From Bacteroidota bacterium (GTDB lineage: Bacteria; Bacteroidota; Bacteroidia; Bacteroidales; FEN-979), in NCBI GenBank assembly GCA_030706225.1, contig JAUZOW010000003.1:1-42183 (forward strand): a stretch of DNA of 42,183 nucleotides, written 5' to 3'. Made by a program: the position numbers and the translations under genes. Positions 27,616 through 37,120 of this stretch are shown one piece after another; position 1 is the stretch's first letter, and each line of letters starts with the position of its first letter. Below the pieces are notes generated by a model. It was not told where the DNA came from. It did no database searches and worked only from the letters and a program-made list of their open reading frames with translations.

Positions 27616-28578
27616 TTAGCGGTTGTTCTTTTCCAGAAAATTCAAAAGGATTAAATTGAATTTTTCGGGATGAGTTTCCATCGGGGAATGCCTGCATTCC
27701 GGAATAATTTTCAGTGTGGAACCCGGGACAGTTTTATTCAGCAGTTTTCCTGTTCTTAAATAGATAGTCCGGTCTTTTTTCCCCCAGATAATGAGAACAT
27801 CCGATCCCTTCAGGTTTTGGGCATCAAGCGTGACAATTTCCTTTGAATAAGCGAACATATTTATGATGGATTCTGCTGTTCCGGGAATTTGTAAAGGTTT
27901 CAGATAATTTTCGACAATATTTGAATCGGGAGGATACCCGTATACCTGGCGATATGCCCTCCGGATGTTTTTATAGGTGATCATATTTTTCTTCATATAT
28001 GAAACCAGAGTTTTATTGATCCCTTTCATTTTAGTTGCTGTAATGAAGGCTCCCTTGATATTATGGTTATGAATGAATACCATTCCATCCACAATGGTCA
28101 GGCTTTTTGTCCGTGAGGGCTCCATCAGCGCCATAGCTTCCGCAACTCCGCCTCCCATGGAATGACCAACAATATTCCATCTCAGTGTGTCATGTTCATC
28201 AATTTGCCGTAACATATCCCAGAGGATTCGGGCCCGGTTACTGTGTGACTGGTTAATCAGGTTCCGGCTGCTGTAACCGAATCCCGGTAGATCTACAATG
28301 ACTACCTTATAGCCTGAAGCCACAAGAGTATCGATATTGTTTCGCCAGTTAAAAGTTGAACCGCAAAAACCGTGAATGAAAAGGACTTTTCCTTTATATA
28401 CTGACATATCGGGCTTCACTACCCGGTAATGAAGAATAACCGAATCGATTTTCATAAAACGGCTGTCCGGATAGATGCTTCCGTTTTCAGGGATTTTATC
28501 TTCCTGATGAAAGGAAAATGGAAATGCAGAAATGGATAACAACCATAATCCCGAAAGAACAAGAACTAATTTTTTCAT
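27616..28578 (-). CDS. Alpha/beta fold hydrolase with signal peptide
   Basis: FIHGF, VDLPGFG, nucleophile GHSMGG, and WGKKD / HSP acid and His positions. Confidence 0.9.
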   Translation of the reverse strand: MKKLVLVLSGLWLLSISAFPFSFHQEDKIPENGSIYPDSRFMKIDSVILHYRVVKPDMSVYKGKVLFIHGFCGSTFNWRNNIDTLVASGYKVVIVDLPGFGYSSRNLINQSHSNRARILWDMLRQIDEHDTLRWNIVGHSMGGGVAEAMALMEPSRTKSLTIVDGMVFIHNHNIKGAFITATKMKGINKTLVSYMKKNMITYKNIRRAYRQVYGYPPDSNIVENYLKPLQIPGTAESIINMFAYSKEIVTLDAQNLKGSDVLIIWGKKDRTIYLRTGKLLNKTVPGSTLKIIPECRHSPMETHPEKFNLILLNFLEKNNR

Positions 28579-28594
28579 AAATAACGAGTTATTC

Positions 28595-31213
28595 TTACTG
28601 GCTGATTTTCAATAGCTCGTAAGCAGGTTTTAACTCCGGGTTGCTGAAGACTGCTTTCCCGATCATATCAAGTAATTCCGGCCAGGAAGTGGTAAATTGC
28701 TTCAGGGTTTCTGCGGCAGCAGAAGGGTCATAAGTCATTTTCAGACCCGTTTGCGCCATCTTTACTACGTTATCGTTGGAAAACTTCGATTTATCCCAGT
28801 TATGAACTGCAAGTATCTTTGCAAAAGTCATCAACCGTTCAAACTTTCCTTTGGCTTCCGACAACATCCGGTAATCATTTCCCTGGAATGTAATCGCGAT
28901 CTCATTCTTTGTATCTGTGCTCAGCGGTCCGGTCAGAAGAATAGTGGCTACTTCATTGCCATTATAATTCCAGGTTCCGGGTTGCATTTCCGAAGAGAAG
29001 GGAAGTATCTTTCCATTGACCATTACGGACTGAGGCGGGAAAGTGCAGGGAAACCGCATTTCATAGGAACGTTTTGTGATCATTCCCTGAAAATGGCCGT
29101 TAACCGGTTCAATAACAAGTGTTATGGTATTATTATCATTTGTATTAAAATGGACAGGCGTTACGGCATAAGCACCCGACTTGAAATTATTGTTATCCCC
29201 TTCGTCTTCATAAATCTTGCAATTTCCTGAAGGGCCCGGGAAAACGGAAAGGATCAGCGGATCCGGCTGGGCTTCCGTCAGCCGGGAAACCTGCCGTTGC
29301 ATAGGGATAATGGATCCGGCTTTCACATAAACCGGTATATCGTTGAGGGTGAACGGTCTTTCAACCACTCGGCCTCCCTTGATAGGGGTACCGGTGAACC
29401 ATTCAAACCAGTTTCCTTCAGGGAGCCAGATCTTTTGCATCAGGAACAGGCTGTCGGTTCCGATTGGTCTGACGACAGGCGCAACCAGCATATCGTTCCC
29501 AAACATATATTCATCGTGGAATGTATAAGCATTTTCTTCTTCCGGGTACTCGTAATAAAGAGGATGGATGAGAGATATGCCGGTTTCATAAGCATTATGT
29601 GCATTTGTGTAAATATATGGAACCAGGGCATAGCGCCACAGGTAGGCATTACGCATTGGCTCATAATATTCAGGGGCATAAGCCCAGATCCTGCGTTCGA
29701 TGGTAGAATTTTTTGTGCAGTGCGTGCGCAGGATAGGACTGAAAGCTCCCCATTGCAGCCAACGTGTATATAGCTCAGGACTGCGGATTCCCTGCTGGTG
29801 TCCACCGATATCATGGCTCCAGTAGCCATATCCGACATTGGCTGCCGTCAGTGTGAAATAAGGTTGATATTCCAGTGATTTCCAGGTAATGTATGTGTCG
29901 CCTGAAAAGCCGATCTGATACCGGTGGTTTCCCAATCCTCCGTAACGGTGGAAAAGCAGGGGACGGCTTTTCCCCATCCGGTCCATATCGCTGAAGAAGA
30001 CATAATTCAGGTAAAATGTAGGATTGACTCCCTTGATTTTGGTTTGACCCCATTGCTGCCAGTCGAGCCACCAAAAATCAATGCCCTCCTTTTGCATCGG
30101 ATGCATGATGATATCCATGTAATTCCGGGCGAAGGTTTTATCGGTAATATCGAAGGGAACATATTTTTTAGAAGCCGGGTCGATTCCCATGGCTTTTGCC
30201 ATGGCTTCATAGCAGGCTTCATGAGGCTGGATACCGGAAGCAGGATGAAGGTTCAGGGCTGTTTTCAGATGTTGTTTCCCGGTCCAGTCAAGGAATTGCT
30301 TCGGGTCGGGGAAATAGTTTTTATTCCAGGTCAGGCCGGTCCAACCGGAGGATTCGCCAGCCTGATCGGTCTGGAGCTTGCCATCCTTGTAAAATTCAGG
30401 CAGAGAGGTAATATGCCAGTCCATATCGACGATCAGTACATCTAATGGAATTTGATGCGAAGCAAAATCTGCAACCAGATCCCGGAGTTCCTGGTCAGTA
30501 TATTCCCAGTATCTTGACCACCAGGCGCCAAAGGCAAATCTTGGGGGAAAAGCAATATTTCCGGAGATTTCCGTAAAATCGGCTAATGCGGTTTTGTAAT
30601 CAAACCCATAACCAAAGAAGTACCAGTCCTGGCATTCTTTTTTAGATCTTTCCATAACCCATGGCCAATCGCTGTTATCGAACAGGGGTCGTTCGGAATC
30701 GTCAACCAACGCCCAACCGTCGCGCGAGATGATTCCTTTGTCGAGTTGTAAGGATCCTTTATCTCCATATTGCCGGGTATCTCCGTCGCATCCATCCAGT
30801 GTTCGCGTTGTTCCCCTAAGGTTTCCGTTATCGGGCATTCCGGGTGACCATTTTACTTCTTTCCCGTTCATCCGGAAGGAAATGGAGAGGTTATCCGGTG
30901 TGAATTTTCCGGAACCGCTTTTATAACGGATCATCAGTTTTCCGGTTTGGATTTCGAGCCAGCCGTTCTTCAGCGATTTCGTGTAAGGAGGAACCGGTAG
31001 CTTACGGTTGATGAAGGTCAGTGAGGCATGGTCTTCGAATTTCCTGTCGGACGACCATTCCATTCGTATTGTCTGAGGGGTCAGGATGGTAAATCTTACT
31101 TTTCCGTCGATGACGATTGCTGCCGGATCAGCCACCGGATCGGACGGCAGGGCATGAAACGGGGAAAAAGCGGCCGGAATAAATGCCAGCAACGCAAGGA
31201 TATGCTTTTTCAT
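28595..31213 (-). CDS. Glycoside hydrolase family 31 (exported), GH31_u1-like
   Basis: PPRFAFGAWWSRY, DMDWH, WWLDWQQ nucleophile region, FSGD, WSHDIGG, RWLQWGAFSPILRTH, and YEDEG leading into the C-terminal beta domains. Confidence 0.9.
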   Translation of the reverse strand: MKKHILALLAFIPAAFSPFHALPSDPVADPAAIVIDGKVRFTILTPQTIRMEWSSDRKFEDHASLTFINRKLPVPPYTKSLKNGWLEIQTGKLMIRYKSGSGKFTPDNLSISFRMNGKEVKWSPGMPDNGNLRGTTRTLDGCDGDTRQYGDKGSLQLDKGIISRDGWALVDDSERPLFDNSDWPWVMERSKKECQDWYFFGYGFDYKTALADFTEISGNIAFPPRFAFGAWWSRYWEYTDQELRDLVADFASHQIPLDVLIVDMDWHITSLPEFYKDGKLQTDQAGESSGWTGLTWNKNYFPDPKQFLDWTGKQHLKTALNLHPASGIQPHEACYEAMAKAMGIDPASKKYVPFDITDKTFARNYMDIIMHPMQKEGIDFWWLDWQQWGQTKIKGVNPTFYLNYVFFSDMDRMGKSRPLLFHRYGGLGNHRYQIGFSGDTYITWKSLEYQPYFTLTAANVGYGYWSHDIGGHQQGIRSPELYTRWLQWGAFSPILRTHCTKNSTIERRIWAYAPEYYEPMRNAYLWRYALVPYIYTNAHNAYETGISLIHPLYYEYPEEENAYTFHDEYMFGNDMLVAPVVRPIGTDSLFLMQKIWLPEGNWFEWFTGTPIKGGRVVERPFTLNDIPVYVKAGSIIPMQRQVSRLTEAQPDPLILSVFPGPSGNCKIYEDEGDNNNFKSGAYAVTPVHFNTNDNNTITLVIEPVNGHFQGMITKRSYEMRFPCTFPPQSVMVNGKILPFSSEMQPGTWNYNGNEVATILLTGPLSTDTKNEIAITFQGNDYRMLSEAKGKFERLMTFAKILAVHNWDKSKFSNDNVVKMAQTGLKMTYDPSAAAETLKQFTTSWPELLDMIGKAVFSNPELKPAYELLKISQ

Positions 31214-31237
31214 GGCTGGATTATTAAATCATTCACT

Positions 31238-31257
31238 CAAATTTATTATTAAATTTG
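31238..31257. promoter_or_regulatory. Back-to-back divergent -7 elements CAAATTTA-ttat-TAAATTTG
   Basis: TAAATTTG on both strands in the 63-bp gap between the divergent GH31 and zinc-ribbon genes. Confidence 0.55.
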
Positions 31258-31276
31258 GTTTTTAAAAAGATTCCTT

Positions 31277-31927
31277 ATGGCTAATAATATGAAATTCGGG
31301 GATAATTATTCCGATATAAGTACCGATACTGCTTTTCAGTTTGAATTCCGCTGTGAATGCTGCGGTACGGCATACCGGTCAACTGCAAAAGCATATATTA
31401 CAGGACGAGCATCCCAGCTACTGGGTGCTGCCGGTTCACTTTTCGGGGGTTTTTTGGGAAGTGTCTCATCTGTTGGGAATACTGTAAAAGATGCTGCCTG
31501 GAAAAAGGCGCATGATAAGGCTTTTCAGGAAGCAATTGAAGAGATGACACCGATGTTTATCCAGTGTCCTCATTGCCATGCATGGGTTTGCAGAGAACAA
31601 TGCCTGAATACCCGGAAAGGGCTTTGCAAGAATTGCGCTCCCGATCTGGGTGTGGAAATGTCGTATGCCCAATCCATGAAATCGGTTGAAGAAATTCACG
31701 AACATGCTGCCATGGCTGAGGAAGATAAGAAGCTGGGTGTCGAAAACTGGAGGTCAAATATACGGGCTACATGTCCGAAGTGCAATGCTCCCCTGGCAAG
31801 CAATGCTAAATTTTGCCCGGAATGCGGGGCCCCGCTGAAGCAGGAAGATAAATGTCCTCATTGCGGGACAAAAGTGACACCGGGAGCTAAATTTTGCCCG
31901 GAATGTGGAGGAAAGATCAATGGATAG
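31277..31927 (+). CDS. Zinc-ribbon (double zinc ribbon) domain protein
   Basis: Multiple CxxC pairs and AKFCPECG twice at the C-terminus. Confidence 0.85.
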   Translation: MANNMKFGDNYSDISTDTAFQFEFRCECCGTAYRSTAKAYITGRASQLLGAAGSLFGGFLGSVSSVGNTVKDAAWKKAHDKAFQEAIEEMTPMFIQCPHCHAWVCREQCLNTRKGLCKNCAPDLGVEMSYAQSMKSVEEIHEHAAMAEEDKKLGVENWRSNIRATCPKCNAPLASNAKFCPECGAPLKQEDKCPHCGTKVTPGAKFCPECGGKING

Positions 31928-33518
31928 AAAGCACATAAACAAAGTATATCAGCCGCTGGTATTTGCTCTTGTTTTGCTGGCGGGAATTTTTCTTGGATTT
32001 TTTCTGGCCAGGGAAGGAAAGCTTGGAAACCTTAAAAAGCAGGACAAGCTGAAGGAAGTTATTAATTATGTCAAAAAGAATTATGTGGATTCGGTTTCCA
32101 CGGAGGAGCTGACCGAAAAAGCAATTACCGGTATGCTTCAGGGACTGGATCCGCATTCGGTTTATATTTCAGCAGCCGAGTTTCATGATTACAACGATCC
32201 CTTACTGGGAAGCTTTGAAGGGATTGGTGTTGAGTTCCGCATCGAGAGAGATACCGTTACAGTGATCACCCCGGTTCCCGGCGGTCCTTCCGAAAAGATC
32301 GGAATTCGGGCGGGTGACCGGATCGTGAAAGTAAACGGGAAAACTATTGCCGGTGTCAAGATTACCAACCGGGATGTCATGAAACAATTGAAAGGCCCGA
32401 AAGACACGAAAGTTACGCTGACAATCTTCCGAAGAGGAGCCGGCGGATTGCTGACTTTTACCGTTACCCGTGATGTGATTCCGACATATAGCCTGGATAT
32501 CGCTTATATGGTCGATAAGAATATCGGCTATATCCGGCTGAATAATTTTGCTGAAACTACATCCAAGGAAATCAATAAAGCTCTGAATGACCTGAAATCA
32601 AAAGGGATGAAAAAGCTGATCCTTGATTTGCGAGGTAATGGCGGAGGTTTCCTGAAAGCAGCTATTGATGTCGCCGATCAATTTATTCCAAATGATGCGA
32701 AGATCGTTTATACACAGGGAAAACATCATTCGAAGGAAGAGTTTTTTGCCACCTCTACCGGTTTGTTTATGCACGGCGACCTGGTTATCCTGATTGACGA
32801 GTATTCCGCCTCAGCCAGTGAAATCGTTGCCGGTGCAATTCAGGATAACGACCGGGGACTGATCATTGGAAGACGTTCATTCGGGAAAGGATTGGTACAG
32901 GAACAGCTGGACCTGAAAGATGGCAGTGCAATCCGACTTACAGTCGCACGGTATTATACCCCGACCGGACGATGCATTCAGCGGCCCTATGCTAATGGCA
33001 CCGATGACTATTACAATGAAGCTTACCGGCGGCTATTGTCGGGCGAACTGGACAGCCGTGACAGCATAAAACTGCCGGATTCCCTGAAATACAAGACCCC
33101 GAAAGGAAAGATCGTTTATGGTGGCGGTGGCATCATGCCGGATATTTTTGTTCCGATTGAAAAGGATTCCATGGATAAATATTATATCGCCCTTGTCAAT
33201 AAAGGTCTTATTTTCCAGTTTGCCTTCGATTACACCGATAAGTATCGCGACATGCTTAACCATTATAGGAATTTTGCATCTTTCGACCGGAATTTTCAGA
33301 TCACGGATAATATCTTCAGGGAACTCATTGCCTATTGTGAGAAGAACGGAGTTAAGAGGAACATAAAGGAAACTCCGGAAGGTGACAGAAAAATCAAAGT
33401 TCTGCTGAAAGCATATATTGGCCGGAATGTTCTTGACAATGACGGGTTTTATCCTTACCTGAACACAATCGACCCGGTATTCCTGAAAGCAGTTGAAACA
33501 TTGAGCCATCATAAGTAG
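31920..33518 (+). CDS. S41 family C-terminal processing peptidase (PDZ + peptidase)
   Basis: LDPHSVY, FEGIG PDZ motif, DLRGNGGG, SASASEIVAGAIQD and FGKGLVQ. Start set at ATG 31920. Confidence 0.93.
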   Translation: MDRKHINKVYQPLVFALVLLAGIFLGFFLAREGKLGNLKKQDKLKEVINYVKKNYVDSVSTEELTEKAITGMLQGLDPHSVYISAAEFHDYNDPLLGSFEGIGVEFRIERDTVTVITPVPGGPSEKIGIRAGDRIVKVNGKTIAGVKITNRDVMKQLKGPKDTKVTLTIFRRGAGGLLTFTVTRDVIPTYSLDIAYMVDKNIGYIRLNNFAETTSKEINKALNDLKSKGMKKLILDLRGNGGGFLKAAIDVADQFIPNDAKIVYTQGKHHSKEEFFATSTGLFMHGDLVILIDEYSASASEIVAGAIQDNDRGLIIGRRSFGKGLVQEQLDLKDGSAIRLTVARYYTPTGRCIQRPYANGTDDYYNEAYRRLLSGELDSRDSIKLPDSLKYKTPKGKIVYGGGGIMPDIFVPIEKDSMDKYYIALVNKGLIFQFAFDYTDKYRDMLNHYRNFASFDRNFQITDNIFRELIAYCEKNGVKRNIKETPEGDRKIKVLLKAYIGRNVLDNDGFYPYLNTIDPVFLKAVETLSHHK

Positions 33519-33561
33519 AACAGAAAGAAATTTAGTTATTAACCAATAAAAGACAACGGTT

Positions 33562-34137
33562 ATGATACACGAACTTCCTTCATTGCCCTATGCATTGAAT
33601 GCATTGGAGCCTTATATCTCTATGCGTACGCTGGAGTTTCATTATGGAAAGCATCATCAGGCTTATGTGACGAACCTGAACAAGCTGATCGTGGGTACGG
33701 AGTTTGAAAACGCTTCACTGGAAGACATTATCCGGAAAGCTATCGGCGGTATTTTCAATAACGGGGCTCAGGTATGGAATCATACTTTTTATTGGAATTG
33801 TATGAACCCGACAGGGGGAGGAGAACCTACAGGAAAACTGGCAGATGCCATTAAAAAGCAATTCGGGTCCTTCGCTGAATTCAAAGACAAATTTTCCAAT
33901 GCGGGTGCAACGCTTTTCGGTTCAGGCTGGGTCTGGCTGGTGAAAAACCCTGACAATTCCCTGGAGATTATCCAGGAAAGTAATGCCGGAAATCCTTTAA
34001 GGAACGGGAAAACTCCGCTTTTGACCTGCGATGTGTGGGAACATGCTTATTACCTGGATAAACAAAATGCTCGGCCTGCTTACATTGCCGACTTCTGGAA
34101 TCTCGTTAATTGGGATGCTGTAGGGGGAAGATTATAA
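33562..34137 (+). CDS. sodB: Fe/Mn superoxide dismutase (Fe-type signature)
   Basis: [24 protein letters not shown] and DVWEHAYY. Confidence 0.93.
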   Translation: MIHELPSLPYALNALEPYISMRTLEFHYGKHHQAYVTNLNKLIVGTEFENASLEDIIRKAIGGIFNNGAQVWNHTFYWNCMNPTGGGEPTGKLADAIKKQFGSFAEFKDKFSNAGATLFGSGWVWLVKNPDNSLEIIQESNAGNPLRNGKTPLLTCDVWEHAYYLDKQNARPAYIADFWNLVNWDAVGGRL

Positions 34138-34334
34138 AACCTACTCTTCTGCTTGTACATTGCCCTAACGGAAAATTTCAAATTTTCTTTGCCCAAAATT
34201 TGAAAGTAATATAATTATGTTTATTTTGCGATGAATTTGATACTGGCATTGTATTGCTATCCATAGGTGTTGTTTGGAAATCTTATGGGTAACTATCTGT
34301 AATAGCTGTATATTATTGTTTTTAAAATAAATCA

Positions 34335-35096
34335 ATGTTATCTTGTGTTCTGATTGATGATGAACAGGATTCATTAATCGCACTGAAAAAGCTTCTCGTA
34401 AATTTTACATATGTTCCGGTCAGAATAGTTGGGGAAGCCACTAACCTTGATAATGGAATCCAACTGATAAAAGACACTCTCCCTGATATTGTCTTTTTAG
34501 ATATTAATATGCCGGGTAAAAACGGTATGGATATCTATAAATACTTTGACAACCCACAATTCAAGGTTGTTTTCATTACAGAATACAGTCAGTTTGCCAT
34601 TGAAGCAATAAAGAAATCAGCTTCAGATTATTTACTGAAACCGGTGAATTTTATCGAGCTTAATGAATCCATAAAAAGAATTTCTGCTCAGTTTAAGTGG
34701 GAACAACACCAGCGGGAAGTGGAAAATAAAGAGAATTTGATTAATGTGCCTGAAATGGAAGGGAAAAACGTGGTTCTTAATGTGGAGCATGGATTTTTAA
34801 TCGAAAATACTAAAAATATTGAGTACTGCTATGCTGACCAGTCCTATTCTGTTATTGTAACCTGTACTGGCAAGAAAATCCTGGTTACAAAACCGCTTAA
34901 ATACCTTGAAAAACTGTTTCCTGCCAATCAATTTTACAGAACACATAAATCCTATCTTGTTAATATCTATTATATTAGAAGGTATGTCAAATCGGATGAG
35001 AATTACCTTCTTCTCAGAAGCGGAATAAAAATTCCTGTTTCGGTAAGAAAGAGTTCAGGAATTGACGGAGAAATCAAAAAGCTTTTTGAAGGTTGA
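34335..35096 (+). CDS. LytTR family response regulator
   Basis: IDDE, PDIVFLDINMP, DYLLKP and LytTR FYRTHKSYLVNI, IPVSVRK. Confidence 0.9.
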   Translation: MLSCVLIDDEQDSLIALKKLLVNFTYVPVRIVGEATNLDNGIQLIKDTLPDIVFLDINMPGKNGMDIYKYFDNPQFKVVFITEYSQFAIEAIKKSASDYLLKPVNFIELNESIKRISAQFKWEQHQREVENKENLINVPEMEGKNVVLNVEHGFLIENTKNIEYCYADQSYSVIVTCTGKKILVTKPLKYLEKLFPANQFYRTHKSYLVNIYYIRRYVKSDENYLLLRSGIKIPVSVRKSSGIDGEIKKLFEG

Positions 35097-35174
35097 ACCT
35101 ACTCAACACGATCAATCACACAGATATTCACTTCCTGGCATTCATTGGTCTGTTTTCCAAAGAACCCCTTCCTG

Positions 35175-35957
35175 TCAACCCGGAATCTGTGGCATTTCTA
35201 CGGTAATCCAGGGAGTATCGTAGTCAAACTTCCAGACCTCTGTACCGCTGTCATCGTAAAAAATAACCAGGCAATGCAACCATCCTTCGGGAGTAGTCTC
35301 CGTAACCGACATGTGTTCAAAACGATGGTATGGAACAGTATTCCCTCCACTGTTCTCATAAAGTGCCCAGTACCAATCATAAGTCCCCGCTCCGGTCGAC
35401 GGATTCCAGTCTGTAAAATAGATCCGCCACTCCCATTTTGATATATCATTATATCCTGAATTATGGATCTCCCAGATGCTGCTGCCATCGTACAACGTTT
35501 TATTGTTCTTTGTTTTTTTAATGTACGTCGTCGTGATCTTGTTCTCAAAACTTCCGTCACCACCAGAATAGGACATATCCATAATGTATTGAACCGTGTC
35601 CCCTAAGTATAATTTTTCGTAATAGGTATAACCTCCGCTGGTATAATACCGGTAATACCATCCGGTAGCATCCGGTCCGGACCAGTTTGGATTGTCAAGC
35701 GCTGATTTTGGGCCCAGCAATAAACCCCCTTCATTGTTCGGGAAAAAGAAATTATGGCCCGAATCGGCAGCAACAATAATAGAGTTCATCAAAAAGCTCT
35801 GCATCTGGGAGGAAATAACGGTTCCACCATTTGCAGCAGCATTCAGGGTCTCTTTTGACACAGTTTGGGATTCCTTTTGCTCTTCCTTTTTTTTACAGGA
35901 GAAAAGAATCAAAATACAAAAAGGTATGAGCAGGATGTAAAAACATTTTGTTCTCAT
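35175..35957 (-). CDS. Hypothetical surface lipoprotein
   Basis: MRTKCFYILLIPFCILILFSC lipobox followed by KKKEEQKE, resembling a lipoprotein export signal. The TTG at 35990 lies inside a TATATTTG -7 element (35988-35995), so the start is set at 35957. Confidence 0.7.
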   Translation of the reverse strand: MRTKCFYILLIPFCILILFSCKKKEEQKESQTVSKETLNAAANGGTVISSQMQSFLMNSIIVAADSGHNFFFPNNEGGLLLGPKSALDNPNWSGPDATGWYYRYYTSGGYTYYEKLYLGDTVQYIMDMSYSGGDGSFENKITTTYIKKTKNNKTLYDGSSIWEIHNSGYNDISKWEWRIYFTDWNPSTGAGTYDWYWALYENSGGNTVPYHRFEHMSVTETTPEGWLHCLVIFYDDSGTEVWKFDYDTPWITVEMPQIPG

Positions 35958-36085
35958 AATGCAGTGATTAAGAAACATGTGGAAGAACAAATATAAGTTA
36001 ATAAATCCCTTAAATCAAGAATTTATCATAAGATTTTCAATAAGATAGCACGGCTCCTGAAAAATTTTTACAGCGTCTTTAAATA

Positions 36086-36103
36086 TATCGTATATTTGCG
36101 ATA
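36086..36103 (+). promoter_or_regulatory. Putative ArsR operator palindrome TATCG-N8-CGATA enclosing the -7 element TATATTTG
   Basis: Inverted repeat overlapping the promoter 10 nt upstream of the arsR ATG, consistent with autorepression. Confidence 0.6.
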
Positions 36104-36113
36104 AACAATTAAT

Positions 36114-36455
36114 ATGGCCTACAGAAGTACAAACTATAAAGAAGACGAGGTTCAACTCGCCCAATTTGCTAAGGCTTTGAGCCATCCTGCCCGAATTGCC
36201 ATCCTTAAACTGCTAGCCTCAATGGATACCTGCTTTTGCGGTGAAATTGTAGAAGAACTTCCCATTGCACAGGCTACTGTATCGCAACATTTGAAAGAGC
36301 TCAAAGACGCTGGCCTTATTCAGGGATGCATTGAGCCTCCCAAGATCAGATACTGCATTGAACGGGAAAACTGGAAAAAAGCCCAGGAACTGTTCCTGGA
36401 TTTCTGGCAACAATCTTATTTATCAGAATCAAAAAATAAAAGTCATGATCATTAA
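36114..36455 (+). CDS. arsR: ArsR/SmtB family transcriptional repressor
   Basis: AKALSHPARIAIL, TCFCGEI, AQATVSQHLKELKDAGLI and YCI. Confidence 0.9.
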   Translation: MAYRSTNYKEDEVQLAQFAKALSHPARIAILKLLASMDTCFCGEIVEELPIAQATVSQHLKELKDAGLIQGCIEPPKIRYCIERENWKKAQELFLDFWQQSYLSESKNKSHDH

Positions 36456-36696
36456 AATTCTTGGTACAGGTTGCTCTAATTGCAGAACATTGGAAAGTCA
36501 CACGAAACAGGCAGTCGCTGAACTCGGAAATGCTATTGAAGTCGTTAAAGAAGAAAACATTACGAAAATTCTTGAATATAAGGTGATGCGAACACCCGCT
36601 CTTGTATTTGACGAAAAAGTTGTGATGAGCGGAAAAGTTCTTTCTGTCCCGGAAATCAAAAATCTTATTCATCAATACTTTGAACCATCCATTTAA
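36445..36696 (+). CDS. Small thioredoxin-like redox-active disulfide protein (MTH895/ArsE-like)
   Basis: IKILGTGCSNC and VMRTPALV motifs. Start moved to ATG 36445. Confidence 0.85.
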   Translation: MIIKILGTGCSNCRTLESHTKQAVAELGNAIEVVKEENITKILEYKVMRTPALVFDEKVVMSGKVLSVPEIKNLIHQYFEPSI

Positions 36697-36707
36697 AAGC
36701 ATATTTC

Positions 36708-37115
36708 ATGAAAAGAAAATTTTTAATATCAGTGATCCTGACCTGCCTTTTTACTTCAGGACTGATGGCTCAGCATCCATCTAAAACATTGGAAATATTA
36801 TACTTTCATGCGACAAGAAGATGTCCCACCTGCCTGGCTATTGAGCAAAATACCCGGAAAACTCTGGATACCTATTTCTCAGATCAATTAAAGACAGGAA
36901 CCATCAAGCTGAAAGTCATAAATGTTGATGAAGGGAAGAATAAAGCCCTTGCTGAGAGATATGAGGCAACAGGATCCGCCCTGATCCTTGCCAGGTTCAC
37001 CAATGGGAAAGAAAGCAAGAATGATCTGACTGATTTTGCATTTTCTTATGCACGGAATAATCCGGAGAAATTTATCAAAGAGCTGAAGGATAAAATCAAC
37101 AAACTTTTAAAATAG
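36708..37115 (+). CDS. ArsF-family thioredoxin-like exported protein
   Basis: Signal peptide, YFHATRRCPTC motif and operon context. Confidence 0.75.
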   Translation: MKRKFLISVILTCLFTSGLMAQHPSKTLEILYFHATRRCPTCLAIEQNTRKTLDTYFSDQLKTGTIKLKVINVDEGKNKALAERYEATGSALILARFTNGKESKNDLTDFAFSYARNNPEKFIKELKDKINKLLK

Positions 37116-37120
37116 GTGTC

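Noticed and set aside
35097-35150. Possible LytTR boxes (actcaac / attcac / attcat) after the third LytTR gene
   Set aside because: Irregular spacing, and no promoter or co-oriented gene downstream.
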